The notes under the pieces were generated by a model. It ran no database searches. It saw nothing but the letters and a program-made list of their open reading frames with translations, and was not told where the DNA came from. DNA of 54,205 nucleotides, the filler included, from Dirinaria sp. TL-2023a (lineage: Eukaryota): NCBI GenBank assembly GCA_051941275.1. It is 3 parts of 3 records of this genome, joined end to end, with 100 filler letters (N's around TTAATTAATTAA, not from the genome) between each part and the next. Parts side by side here need not be neighbours in the genome. Positions count along the whole stretch, not along the records: positions 36,217 to 54,205 come from JAVEBF010000406.1; 2 more parts are not named here. One strand, written 5' to 3'. This document shows, in pieces, positions 38,104-51,891 of this stretch; position 1 is the stretch's first letter; the number at the start of each line of letters is the position of its first letter. The position numbers and the translations under genes are program-made.

Positions 38104-38693
38104 CGTCGCCTTGAGCTTTGCAAAGAATTGCTTATCGATCAACCAAGACTTCGATTTTGGACTTGGCTTCCTACTAAGGCTTGCGGTTGCTCGAGGAGCC
38201 GGCCGGAAGCAATCGGCCCGAGCACATCGGGATTACCCAAAACATCACGGTGCACGATCATGAGCGAGATGCATGTTTCACAAAGTATCAGTGTACATTC
38301 AACATTCGTTCACACAGCTTCTTTCTAGCTATCTACATTGCATACCAGTGTTATTTCATGACGAATATAGTGATCCGACAGGAAGCTCGTCACTCCGTCA
38401 AATCTAACACCGACTGCCAGCATCAAGCCGAACAGAGGTCATCCTGTGCTGCATTTGAAAAGTAGCAAGAGGAAGTAGCGCCTGCTTTATGGGGAAGATT
38501 ATGGATACGGCCGCTGCCAACAGCTCATAGCTCATTCAAAGTCCTTCAGACAGTTAGATCAAAAATCTCATGAGCCGGCCTCTGGATACCTCTTTTACTG
38601 CATTTTAAGCGCCTCACCCCTACCTCACCATCCTGATTGCCTTGCTTCTTGGTTACAAGGGCCGGCACACTACCTATCTCCATTGATTATACG

Positions 38694-41374
38694 ATGCCAT
38701 CGCCAACGAACCCACACATTGCCAGTCAACTGCGCCAGCTAATCTACTATCACCTGGATTGCGATCTGCCCAAAAACTCTCTAGCCTTTGCGGAACGACT
38801 ACGCGGATACGAACCGAAGTCTTCAGAAGCTGCATACTTGGAAGGACTCTGCTATTATCGGCTGGGACAGCTAAACGCGGCCTACCATTCTACAAAGTTA
38901 CAGGGCACAAGAGGAACTCACTTGGGGTGCTCCTACATCTTCGGGCAGGCTTGCTTAGGTCTCGGACGATACGCCGAGGGTATTACAGCAACAGAGAAGA
39001 GCAAGCATATTTGGGTGTCACGAAGTAATTGGAGTAAGTGGAATTTGGGGAAAGCCTGGGAGGATTGGGAAGACGTGCAAAAGACTGACGGGAGTTTGTA
39101 GACAAGCACACCGAGGTACGAAGACAGCAATTACCTGACGCTGCAGCTCTGTATTGCTTGCAAGGGAAATTATGGCACGCCTTCCAAGACACAAACAAGG
39201 CTATCGATTGCTATGCAGAGGCATTGAAGCTCAACCCATTCATGTGGGATGCCTTCCTTGGGCTGTGCGACTTAGGTATGCATCTTACCTTCCTTACAGC
39301 CAATATTGCTCACAGACGATAGGGGTAAATCTACGAGTAAATCAAATCTTTAAGATGACCCCGGAAATGACCTCTGCCCTCTCTTCAACACCCACAGATG
39401 AAAACTCGTCAAGTCTTCCAGAGGTTCTGCCCCTGTCGGATAGTGTCTCGCAATCCAACAGCTTTGATAATTCACAAAATCAGCCGCCTGTGAATAATGA
39501 CCCCTTCAGCATATCGAAGAATAGAATCAACGGCGATATTCGCCCTAATGCTGGAAGCTCCGCGCTCTTTGAGAAATTAAATGGAAGCAGAAGCGTCGTT
39601 ACACCAGTAGGCGTGGCCGGCAATTATCCCACACTCGATACTCCAACCGGACTGGGTGGAGCACCTGTCACGGAGATACACCCTAACAGAGACGCTGGCG
39701 GAGTCACTGCTGTATCTATCGCTGCAGAACCGCCACATGCGCCCTTGCGAAAAGCTCGAACATTGCAGGGTATAGGCGTGGAGTTTGGTGCAGAGGCACC
39801 TCCAAAAATGAGGTCCAATACTATACGGTCTAAGTCGCGGAACAGCAACAGGGATACCGAAGAGACGGACAGTACTAGTCAATTGAGTAGGACTTCGACG
39901 ACTAGCAATGGCGTAGGCGGGCACAAACGGACAATATCTGGCCAAGCGCCGCAGTCAAGCTCAGCAAACGCACTATCGACTACCAGCAGTGTGAATACGA
40001 CAGATGTATTGGCCGCTCCTCAAAGAAGGAGTACGCGTCTCATCAATCAATTTAGCGGCCGGTTTGCCTCGTCTACTGCAAACCTGGGTGCTAAAGAGGG
40101 AAGGGAAGTGAAGAAAGTCAAGGCTACTGGGACCAAGGGACGTAGCGCCAATGCGTTCAACGTTGGGAGGGTTGTCAGTGGGAATCGGAAACACGGAGAA
40201 ATGATGGACGTTGACCGCAAAGAAGCGAAACCTGCATCAAATACTTCCATTACATCCAGAAACCCGAAACCAGCGGTCAATGACAGAATCAAGGAGTTTG
40301 AGAGTCTCCAAGGGCTTCTGGATCTCTTTACACGCATCGGTAGTGGTTACTTTGCTCTCTGCCATTATCAGTGTAGCGAAGCTTTGCAGCTATTCAACTC
40401 CATACCACAAGGACAACGGGATACACCCTGGGTCCTAGCACAAATAGGTCGCACCCTTTACGAGCAAACCTCTTATGCTGAGGCCGAGAAATATTTCACC
40501 CGCATAAAAACCATGGCACCCGCGCGTCTTGAAGATATGGAAGTTTATTCCACGGTCCTCTGGCATCTGAAGAACGAGATCGACCTAGCCTTCCTGTCCC
40601 ATGAAATCGTCGAACTCGACCACAATTCTCCTCAAGCTTGGTGTGCAGTTGGCAACTCTTTCTCCCTCCAACGTGACCATGACCAAGCTCTCAAATGCTT
40701 CAAACGCGCCACACAGTTGAACCCCAGTTTTGCTTACGCTTTCACGCTGCAAGGGCATGAACATGTGGCCAATGAAGAATACGACAAAGCTCTTGCTGCG
40801 TTCCGAGCTGCTGTTGCTGCCGATAAAAGACACTATAATGCCTGGTACGGCTTGGGGAGTGTCTTTGAAAAACAAGGCAAATATACTTTTGCTGAGCGGC
40901 ACTACCGCGCCGCCTTAGCTATCAATCCTACTAACGCAGTGCTGATCTGCTGCATCGGCGTCGTGTACGAGAAGATGAAGAACCCTAAAGCGGCACTCAT
41001 TCAATACTCCAAGTCGTGCGACCTCGCGCCGAAAAGCGCCCTGACGCGTTTCAAGAAGGCGAGGGTCCTAGTGACGCTGCAAGAACCGCACTTGGCGTTG
41101 GAAGAATTGAAGGTGTTGATGGATATTGCGCCGGATGAGGCGAACGTGCACTTTCTGCTCGGCAGGGTCTACAGAGCGCTGAGGCAAAAGGCAAGCGCGA
41201 TAAAGCATTTCACGACCTCATTGAACCTGGATCCGAAGGTGGGTACTCGGCCTTGTGGAGTCGCAGTGCAACGTGCTAACAATGACCCTGCAGGCTTCAC
41301 ACTACATCAAAGAAGCGATGGAGCAAATGGAAGATGAAGACGAAGATGACGACCCTGATGGCATGGTTGCATGA
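38694..41374 (+). CDS. CDC27: Anaphase-promoting complex TPR subunit Cdc27/BimA/Nuc2
   Basis: LRQLIYYHLD..AFAERL, LNPFMWDAF, a long low-complexity linker, C-terminal TPRs (MEVYSTVLWHLK, SPQAWCAVGNSFSLQRDH, RHYNAWYGLG) and an acidic tail. Four exons. Confidence 0.95.
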
Positions 41375-41779
41375 GGCCGGTGCAAAGGCAGAGAGTACTT
41401 TCGGCAGGCGTGGACTTGGTTTTGAGTGTTTGCCCAGCACAGCGTGACATAGCTTTGGCGTTGGAATCTCTGGCATTTCATAGCAAAGGTGATGCATCGG
41501 GGGTTCAAAGGTTGAGCCTGACGTTGAAAGACCGTGTCGGGGTCATGAAGGAATTTGTACTATACAAAAAGACATCCAGCCCGAGAGAAGCTCCTTATCT
41601 TCAGACTCGACTGACCACGGCCTCGTGATGGAGATTGAGGGCTCTTGGGATATTCTGCCTCCCATCCCAAGGCTAATGATCGACGGTAAGACAGGACCTA
41701 TTACTGTACTTATTACATGTACTTTTGACATTTGGTTGAGCTGGACCAGTAATCCTTTACCAAGACCTGTGTCCGTACT

Positions 41780-41819
41780 CGTACCCGAGGTAATTCCGTA
41801 CCCGAGGTAATTCCGTACC
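41780..41819. repeat. 17-bp tandem duplication upstream of SLC1
   Basis: CGTACCCGAGGTAATTC occurs twice, followed by a partial CGTACC. Confidence 0.9.
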
Positions 41820-42092
41820 TTGGGATCCTCATCCCACAGAAGATCAACCCGCGCAGAAAATGCCCTTGTGATGCCCCCCCCTTCAATATCAAGAAGTCCA
41901 CACCCAAGTCACCACTCTTGTCATGCTCGTTTTCCAATATTCACATGCGATCATGATCATACGGCCGCCTTGATTGCTCGATATTTTCGAAAACCCTTTC
42001 CTCGCCCTCCTCCAACCCTCCTCTCGATTCACTGCTCCGCGCCTTAACTTTCAACCAGACACTCATCAGTCTCATCTATCGCCCAATCCACA

Positions 42093-43174
42093 ATGAACTT
42101 TATCCTGCTCTACCTCCTCCGCCTAGTTCTCGCCTATGTCACGGCAACCATCACCCTCTTCCTCCTCTCCGCCCTATCCCTCGCCCTCCCCTACACCTCC
42201 TTCTTCGCACGTCTCCTCTCCTCCTACCTCTCTCTCGTTGTTTGCGCTACCTATGGCGTGCTTGCTTCTATTTTGCTACGGGTTGCGGGCTACCATCGCA
42301 TCTCACAATACGTCACCGCAAGAAGCTTCAAATGGGTCATGTACTTCAGCACAGGCGTCGTCTTTGATATCGTGGAGGGAGTAGAGCATCTCAACACCCG
42401 TCCCTGCGTCATCATTGGTAACCATCAATCCGAACTTGATGTCCTGCTCCTGGGAACGATATTCCCGCCATACTGCTCCGTGACTGCAAAATCCTCCCTC
42501 AAGCTCGTACCCTTTCTGGGCTGGTTCATGGCGCTTAGTGGTACTGTGTTTATTGACCGCTCGAACCGAACCGATGCGCTCAAAGCATTCGAGGGTGCCG
42601 CGGAAGAGATGAAGAGGGAGCGGCAGAGCGTGTTTATTTTTCCAGAGGGCACGAGAAGCTATGCCCGCCGGCCAGAGATGGGCGCATTCAAGAAAGGCGC
42701 GTTTCATCTCGCAGTCAAGGCCGGCGTGCCGGTGGTGCCGATGGTGTGCAGTAACTACTGGGGAGTGCTAGGGGCGAAGGAATGGAGGTTTCGAGCCGGG
42801 AGAATCCCGGTCAAAGGTAAAAAGTCACCTCGTTTTCCAGGTCGTTTTGTTGGGTTATATTAGCCCTTTTCTTCTTGCCTTTGGAAGTTGGTAGCAGCCT
42901 CCGTCGCGGCTCCCAAAATGCAAAGAAAGCCCAATATCAAGCTGATCAGAGATTGCCTCGATTAACTTCTTAAGCAGTTCTTCCACCTATACCAACGGTG
43001 GGCCTAACACCTGCCGACGTCGAAGAATTAACCCGTACCACACGCGACGCCATGCTCCGTGAGCTCGAGACACTAACTGCCAGTCCGTTGGGCCAGAAAG
43101 CGGCGAAGGCGGCAGCTGTGCAACCCGGCGAGGAGGATTTGGCACGACTGGCTACCACTATGAAGACGCCATGA
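42093..43174 (+). CDS. SLC1: 1-acyl-sn-glycerol-3-phosphate acyltransferase
   Basis: Acyltransferase motifs NHQSELD, FIDR, FPEGTRS and FKKGAF. Intron at about 42817-42977; last exon VLPPIPT. Confidence 0.95.
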
Positions 43175-46100
43175 TGACGACTAGGGGAAAGGAGAAAAGC
43201 ACAAGCATAGGCAGAAAAAATACGCCGCGCGCACCGTCGGAAGTGAATCATTAGGCCTACTGCCAGGTCATTTGTACATATACGGATGGATCAGAGAAAA
43301 AAAGAGCTAATCTGTACCTCATATCGTCCAGGAAAAGCCACGCAAAGCTGCAACGTCCTTCGTCCCTACGACTTGAAAGGAGGAAAAGATGTAACGGAAA
43401 CAGATGAAAATATCAAGGACGGCAGTCCAATGGGATATCGACCCTGATTACACAGCAGAGGGAAGGACGAGTCCGCACTAATATGAGTGTACGACACAGA
43501 ATCCCCAATGCTTCTACTTTTCTACCTTACTCGTAGGTAGTGGGGTACATTTTCATCCCCAACACAGATCTAAGATCGGGCGACATATTCTTAATGCCCT
43601 TGATCTTGGCTTTCTAACACGAGCAATTCTGCCACCTCTACTAAGGAATATTTACAATTCCATCTCACAACAAAGCAAAGCTAAGGAACAAGACTCAGCC
43701 TACCTAATCATGCTATCTTATTCGCGCAATATCGTTAGTATCATGAGCATAAAATACAATCATCAAAAACCAATCGAAATGAACGAGGTTTCATTATTGT
43801 TTCATCTGCGTGTGAAGTTAATCCGATACTAGGCCTACCTTGAGAAGGAAGAAGAAAAGGTCCCACTGCCGCCACATTATTCTGTTCTAATGGCACACCA
43901 CCCGGCCTGCTAAATACTCATTTTTCGCGTGATAATGCATCTCGACATCTCTGATGCCTCGCATCTAAGTATGTTCATTTCTCTGCTCTGACAGAATGCG
44001 GTTCAAGCAACGACGGTTTCAAGAGGTGGCGATGAACTGATTCATCACGAACGTGTCACCTTCAAATAGGCAAACCGCTAAAGGAGGTTAAAGAGGCTTA
44101 AAAAAATTTGAGAGAGATATTGATAGATGAAAGTAATAAGTGAGGAGTATAGTGTGGCAGCAAAGTGAATGTGATGCGGCAGTAGAGTAGAGTGTGGCGG
44201 CAGTGAGATCCCAAAAAGGGGGGGCAAAAGGAGAGAGAGAGAGAGAATTCGACTGGCTAGCTGGGGTGGCCCCTCTCTCGTACCGGAGTGCTGATACTAA
44301 TTTGTAGGTTCTGAGTGCAGGAGGCAGGTAATTGAGTCTGATTGATTTGAGTTCTATCTTGGTGAACGCCAGAGCTACTCACCAAAATTGCCTGCAAGAG
44401 ATTCCCGATCATCTAAACAAATTGAATTTCGTTGAAATTCGATGCTATGCCGCACTTCTAGAGTGCTTTAAGCGCACAGTTCATATAATGTCCATTCCAG
44501 TGCTCAAAAATTGAGACTGAGGACTATTGGTGAATACTTTCCTAGTCTGAGACCTGGATACTTTTGCATCTAGTGACCTATATAAGGTGTTCGGGCTTTA
44601 ATACTTTATCAGAGGTTTCAATGAGGTTTGTAGATTTATCTTGAGCGTTGTCCGGCCCTCAGACTAAAAGACATTGAGGATTCCATCTCTCAAAACTTCC
44701 ACTACTATATATGCTTGCCACCTCTAAGGAAGAATAGGAAGCTGGTGGTTCTATCATATTCGTCGGATTCAGTTCTTTGCCCTGTACTCTTCAATCTATC
44801 TATATACAATGAATCCCCTCTTCTGCATTTCGAGTATTTATTTTCTTTGAAGTTCTTTACTCAAAATTCTCAATCTTCATTTTCGAGGCTACAGGAGCTA
44901 GCCAGAATAATCCCGAAGTCGAGCAGAGGCAGCTCGATCGATGATTCATTCTCTCAATCTTATACTATCGTGGATAATCTTGATAACCCTCTTACAACTT
45001 CTTTTCATCTATCAGTTTCTTCAGAAAAACTTCGAGCAAAGGAATCTAACATCGCTCTCCAGCAGCATTCACATTCCCGCGACCCTCTTCCGTAACTCGA
45101 TTCTTCAGACTATTGAGCGTTCAAAGTACGCAAGAACCCTTCAGCCACAATGTGATACTTCCTTCTATATTCTATCAAGCATACCATATACCCACTCTTG
45201 CTCTGTGCTCATACCGATCCTTCTGACAGAGAAAAGAAGAAGTAAACTGCAATACTGATTCTATTAAAACAGACACTGCCAGACGTGCTACCATGCGGTG
45301 CGATCCGCCTGCAATCCAGAACCTGCAAGCTGGCGGCCTACTGGGAAACGATACACAGGTGTGGAAGGTATTTTGTCTCTATTTGGGAACACGGACTACT
45401 CACTCTAGTAGCTGCAAATCTATAAGTCCCATGGAGGTACGGCGCGGCTGGAATTTTGTATAATTATTGAATTAAGAACGCAGGGGAGAAAGATTTTCGG
45501 TGCTCGCCGGTGCTGGTCCTCAAACATTGTCGTCAATTCAGTTCCACGGGACGAGAAACTGTACGTGATACGACGATGAGGTTCGCCAACTCATTGCACT
45601 GGAGCTTTATGGAATTCGAAAGAAATCGCTACAAACCGTGCAAGAATTGATTTTAACACTAGCATTCCCCATGCCAGGGCGCTATCATCCCAGGGACATT
45701 GATTAAGCCCATCCTTGTAGACAGCACTATCAAAAATGTCTTCGACCACTGAAATTCTAACCGACGGGAAGATCTCGATTGACTAAATTGAAAACATCAC
45801 TATGGATTAGAAAAAGAGCATCGACTTGGTTCTCGAACTTCAGCCGTTCGCTTCTCGCCCTAGAGGCAATTGCTCGACCGAGAGGCGTTGAGAAGCTAGC
45901 TACTGGAAATGCAGGGTGCAACAACAGCTCTAACTTTCGCTTTAAGACGGAAATGGGAATCCGTGATCCAAAGCTTGGAGATGCTTACTGGTGATATGCC
46001 GGAAGACTAAAATTCTGCGAAGAAATGAGGGCTGACCAGCTCTTGTTAGCAAAATGCGGTAACGAGGCTATGAGAGTTATATTTGATGAAGCTGAACTGG

Positions 46101-48199
46101 ATAAGAGTATGTTGAAATCAGAAGAAGACAAGCGCGAACTTTTTAGAGCCGTAAATGGCATCTTATGGTCGAAAACAACTGAAAAGAAGTTTTCGGAGGG
46201 TGACTTTTGCATTGTCCCGGTTTCGAATGAGAACACAGAAGGGGACGAAGATTCATGCTTGACAGAGATCATCAAATGTGGACAGACTAAAAAAACCAAT
46301 CGCAGCAGAGACGTATGTTTCATCGGCAGACCCACTAAAGCAGAAGACATGCTTTGAATTTTCGTTCAGGGCGGGATTCTGCGAGAATAATATCAGCAGA
46401 TCGACATCGATAATAGTTATTCGAATGTTCTGATGAATCAGGCTCAGACACAAATATTCGATGTCAGGTTAAGATGATATCATTTCTTATGTGCTCACTC
46501 GACGGCTCAAGCTTTTGAATAGCAGCTCTTCTAGCGACTTCTTCAGCTTCCATGGTCTATTGAAAGTTCGAAACATTATACATGTTTGGACCTTGGCAGC
46601 TCGATGGAGACTATGCACCAAGCGGAAGTATGATAATTGTGAACACAATATCACGAATTATATCAACAAGATCTGGTTAACATGAATGAAATCACCTTTT
46701 ACTCGTTTTCTGAGGATCTATTCTGACTCTCAGAAGTGAAGATTCAAACATGTTTTGAAGGATCGTGTTTATCCTGCTAGTAAGTACTTTAAGTTGAGAA
46801 AGTCGTCGCGATTCGAGGACCAGAGAATGGGTTCAAGATAATATTCGAGTAATGACGGTTTTATGCGAGTCAGTTATATGTCCAGACTTCCAATCTGTCC
46901 ATTCACAGATGTGAAAGAGTCAAAGAGAGATTTAATTGATCTCGTATGACATCTTTACTACTATCTATATTCGCGATTTTGGAAATAATTTCTCATCGAC
47001 GCTGAATTTCCCCATTTTGGCGGTTTATTGGCAACGTAAGTTGTTTGACGCCGAGGAAACTTCTTTTACGTTTGCGGCAGAAGAGCTGCTGCACTGAAGT
47101 GACAGCAATACCATCACTACAGTGAATTTTCTGAAGCATGCTGTGATGAACAAGTGGCTGATCAAGGATTTTTCTTCTTTCAATGGTCTACTAATAGCTC
47201 TTAAAAGCTGCTTCGGGCAAGTTCTGGTTCGACCTCTTGACGAGATTCGACAGAAGATGGAGTCTTTGAAGAAGGACTTCTACGACAGCCAGGTCTCGAT
47301 GAAGGTGGGGAAAATGATGAAGGGGAGTAAAATCCCGGCTATGAAAATGAAATTGCTTCAGTATGGCCCGGAGTTCTCAATGATGTTTGTGTTGTCAGAT
47401 TGCTTGGGGCAGAAGAGAAGGGACAAGCGCCAGGAGACGGTAGCGGTCTCCTCGACAACACCCGATGCCTGCATGTTCGAAAAGGAGAAAGCTGCGGCCA
47501 GCATTTCCTACATACTGGTATACCAGTAGCTACACCATCTCCATCTTGCCTTGCCTTTAATCTCATAGCCATTCATATTTCTATTTGTTAAACCAGCTAT
47601 AGTCTCGCTATACTTCATAAAACTTGGAAAGTCTCAATATCATATCACGAACACGCACGACATACTAATACGCCAAGGACGAGAGTGTCTGCTCTGCATA
47701 CATGTAGATATCTCTTCTGAGCTAACGAAGAAGCAGCGCGCCAATCCTCGAATGATCGAATTCGATTAAGGGCTGAAAAAGTATTTTGTTAACGTCACGT
47801 ACCCCTTTCGGTTGGTAGTTATGGATTGCATACGGCCCCTGACGACGACGACTAGTAGTGACTAGTATATACTCTATTATGTGGACTACTTCTCTCGATG
47901 CTTGGTCTCCTATGCTATAAGCACTGATATAAAGAGGATGTCATGAGGTGCCTGGAGCGGATCTTCACAGACTGGCGACAGCCAAAAGCAATTTACTGCG
48001 ACAGAGGTCAGCATCTCCCAAATGATGAACTAGAATTCTGAGTCAGCGAGCACGCGATCAGCCTCAACTCCTCTGGAGTATGTAAAAGTACGTGTATCGC
48101 AGAGGTCTCGAGTAGACTACTGGAGGATGTAGTCAGAAAAGACCCAATATGCACATCCATTGTAACGCTAAAATCGCAAAGAAGAACATGAGCCGAGAT

Positions 48200-51100
48200 G
48201 ATCGAGAATTATACAATGAGTAAAAATCAAGATTTTTTCGTAAATGACTTTTGTTGAGAGACTGTGAATCCTTCGAGAGAAAAGCGAATACGAGCGGCGC
48301 ATGGAACTTATGAGAAGTTCGACCTACTGGGTCTGTATTTCAAAAGACTTAAATCCGTCGATTGCCTTTCCCTGCGCGTCTGGTGGAGCCTCAATCGAAG
48401 ATGCTCGATTGAGCACGGACGCGAGTTAGTTCCACTTCAATCTTCTTGAGAGCAATTGACTGATTGTGATGAGCAGACTCTTTGAAAGTTCGAAGATGAA
48501 ATCTTGTGATTGAACGAACCGCGTCGAAGCGAGCAGTTGATTCGACGTGTACGATGAAAATATAATCAGCAAGTTGAGGGGCTGGCGATCAGAATGCACT
48601 GAGACTGTCTTTTAGACGGTGTATCTTGGTTCGTAACTCGCGGATTACCAGTGCCTCCACCTCTTCCAGTTGAAGATGCTCACATGCCTGATTGAGCATG
48701 CACTCGAGTGAATTTCGCTCTGCGCTTTGGAAATAAATGGCTGATCTTGGTGCAAACACTCTCTTCTATTATCACTGAGAAAACCATATAGTTTTCTTAT
48801 GGGCATTTGAACGTTGTTGGGGGCTTCTAATGCTTTATTTTATCCTCTGCCATGCGTCCATAGGTAGTCTCTCACATCCATTTCCTCTCACTTGCAAAAC
48901 CCACACAGAGAATGCTCAAACCTGGATTTCTTGCCGCAGCTCTTTCCCAGTTCGGGAGGCACGAAGACCTGACTTCAGATACTTCATGGGTTTTCAAGAC
49001 TACATGCGGAACGGCAGAGACGTGTTGAGACAGTCAGATTTGATGAATGGGCGCTCAGCAGATGTCTAATATGATTTCAAGTCTACAGCTTACGAAAGGT
49101 AAGCGCTGGCTCAAGATTCGGACTCATCGAGAGCAGTAAAAGCTCTTTTTATGGTCCCATTTATCAAAGATCCAAAACTCTCGATCGCATCGATATTTTC
49201 AAGACCATCGAAGAGCAGAGTAAAAAAAGTAAAGCTGGGTCGCACTATCAGGTATCGGTGGAGTTGGATGAGCAGTCAAGGAGCAAAGTAAACGCATCAA
49301 TACACAAGAAAGACTTTGAAGTCTTTTTTCGAGACAAATGAAGAAGGTTAGAGAGACGATTTACGAATACAATCAGTTTCAACGAAATAAGTTCATGATA
49401 AGCATGAATATGGTCGACATCATTGCAAGAGTAAGAGAAACTTCGGATCCTCTTGATACTCAGAAGCAGAACGGAGAGGACGCCCATCGGCGAAGAGCGA
49501 GATCAGGACTCAGAGCTTACGGCAGGATAATTCATACATCAAAGCTCAAAGAAGAAACACATTCGCAAATGCGTGGCCAATATTAGAGCTAAGCATCAAG
49601 GAATCAGCGGCGAAAAACCCTCTACTTCTCTACTGATTGATTACTAATTGATGACGAGTTGCTGGAGTTAATCTCATGGAAAAGCTCGAGAGCATCAATC
49701 TCGCTGAGTACGTATAGTCATCAGAGGGTATTCTTTATAAAGAACACGAGTACTTGACCAACAAAAAGGATAAAGACGCCAACTATTTATGCTCAGATGG
49801 AGTGCCTATATCAATGCTGTATTCGGACGAGGTTGACTAATTGCAAGTAAGGATAGTTAAGATCTTGTCAACGCTAAAGAGAAATTAATTGAGAGAGATT
49901 TATATTTTCAAAAGTCTGCGATGCCGGAAACAAAGACGTTTAAGCTGTTGAGCGCTTCGAAGAAGAAAATGAAGACCAATTTCTAAATCGACACAGATTT
50001 CAATTTTTAAGTTGCCTTCACGTCTGCATCAATTGGCGTCAAAAAAACAAAATGAATTAATGATTCCACTGAGACCTCCACGGAGAAAGTCGTACTGCGT
50101 TTCGAACAAAAGATCAATCACATACATCTGCAGAGACTAAACATCCGCTGATAAGTGAGAGGAGCTAGCTCGTCACCACAAGACGGATTTCGAGAGAATT
50201 CCACTCGATTCAGAAGAGTTCTGCGTGCGACTTTATCGTCAGGAATCATCCAGATAAATCTCTTCATTGCATCCAAACATCATCAAAATGGCTCCTTTCT
50301 TGCGCAATAAGTAACCTAGCATCCAGAAAATGGCACATCTGACGTTATATTGCACCCCAACGCCAACGAATTGCTCCAAGTGGACGAGCAGGAGTTTCTT
50401 CTCGTCTACCCCATGCTGAGCGAGATGCGATACGGCGTCTTCGTCGACAGATAATTGCGCTAATTGCTGGGTACTTTGCCCTGTTCGATCTTAACATCAC
50501 GCATCCACAAGAGTTGCAGGCGATGCTTGTCCAGGTATGCTTATTCTTATTCGTACGAACCACTCCGCGAGCTCTGACCTTAAACGGTGCAACGGACGAG
50601 CAGTTGAGTTTATTTCATTGATACGTTCCATGATTGGTTCAATTCTGTCAATTCTGAGAATTAAGATACTTCTCGTTTCAATATTTTAGAGCGAATCTAG
50701 ACAAAGAGTCTCTAGCGAAAGTTTTAATTTTGACGGACATAGAAGAGGATTTGAAGAGCGATACGAAAAAATTCCACTTTGAAGAAGTCTTATTTGCTGA
50801 TAAGAGTGCCGCGATTGCTCTCCAAAACCCTCTTCAAATCTCTCATGTGTTTGCTCGAAATTTATTTATTCACATGGTTCGTCAATATCGAATCGATCGA
50901 GAGAAAAAGCCGAAGTCTCTTGATCAGGGACTTGGACTTTTTAACAATGTTTAAACTCAGTCGATCTCGACTTCTGTGTCACAATCTCGAGATGTCTTAC
51001 TGAATAATTCTTTTGTAATCTTTTGTTCTCTTAAACACTTGGGACGTTTCGAGTGATTGTTAACAACATTCCACTCTCAAACGAACGCACAGACAGAACG

Positions 51101-51860
51101 GCGAAACCAAAATTTGGAACATCATCTTCGTTGCTTTATCAACTTTTATCATACAGACTACAAGAGTATCTTGGACTTAGCAAAGCTCACTGATATTTCA
51201 GTTGAGAGTTCGATAAGCTCAACAACAAATTCCAATACAAGAAAACAACAAGAATCGCAATATACAATCTAGCGTTGGAAAATCAAATATTATACTACAT
51301 GATCAAAGATTTCTTTTCATCATCACTCGATGAATATTTTCAATTAATCGATTTTCAATATAAGTCGCTGAGAGCAAAATTGAAAAAACGCAACACTTTA
51401 ACAAACTCAACACAAGAGTATTTGTATTATACATTCGAAATATTCGAATTGATTTTGTTGAATGATAACGATATCCTCGCATCGATGAAAATAATATGCT
51501 GCGAGAAAATTTCAAAGTACAAAATGACTTTGATAAGTTAAGTACGTCAATATAATAAATCTTATCGAAGAGTTTTTGAAGTTGATTGAAAAAACCTCTT
51601 CTACAGATCACAAAATCTCTCAGCATCGAAAGAATTCTCATACTTACATCGAAATTGTTACAGTTATCTCGATTCTCGACGCTCTCAAGATTTATTTGTC
51701 TGTCTCTCTTTTCACGCTATAATGTGCTTCTGTTCACGAAACAGCCTTAGAGTTATTGATAATTTAGTCATCTGACCGACAACAAGCAGGATATGTTCAT
51801 TTCTCTCGAGCAGAAAATTTGTATTCTAAATTCGCCACTAAGACCACTGCGTTGACATAG
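48200..51860 (+). mobile_element. Heavily mutated Ty3/Gypsy LTR-retrotransposon relic (boundaries approximate)
   Basis: Integrase core TFHSQTNAQTERRNQNLEHHLRCFIN at about 51057-51140 (consensus AFHPQTDGQTERxNQxLExYLR). Weak protease-like LIDD..AGVNLM at about 49645-49680. Many stops, AT-rich. Confidence 0.65.
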
Positions 51861-51862
51861 AG

Positions 51863-51891
51863 ACTCCCATAAGTGCAAACTCCCATAAGTG
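51863..51891. repeat. Direct repeat ACTCCCATAAGTG x2 (16-bp period)
   Basis: Copies start at 51863 and 51879. Confidence 0.85.

Noticed and set aside
18260..41374. SPO22, CENP-Q-like and CDC27 as a chromosome-segregation gene cluster
   Set aside because: They are interspersed with unrelated genes and separated by an unverified contig join.
41772..41820. AcuK/AcuM site CCG-N7-CCG
   Set aside because: Observed spacings are 9, 8 and 3 nt, not 7.
4226..43251. Many antisense or overlapping ORFs in the ORF track
   Set aside because: These are shadow frames of real genes with no independent motifs.
47787..51857. TGTTAACG...CGTTGACA as exact LTR-element termini
   Set aside because: No matching target-site duplication or recognisable LTR pair, and an equally good match occurs at 49866.
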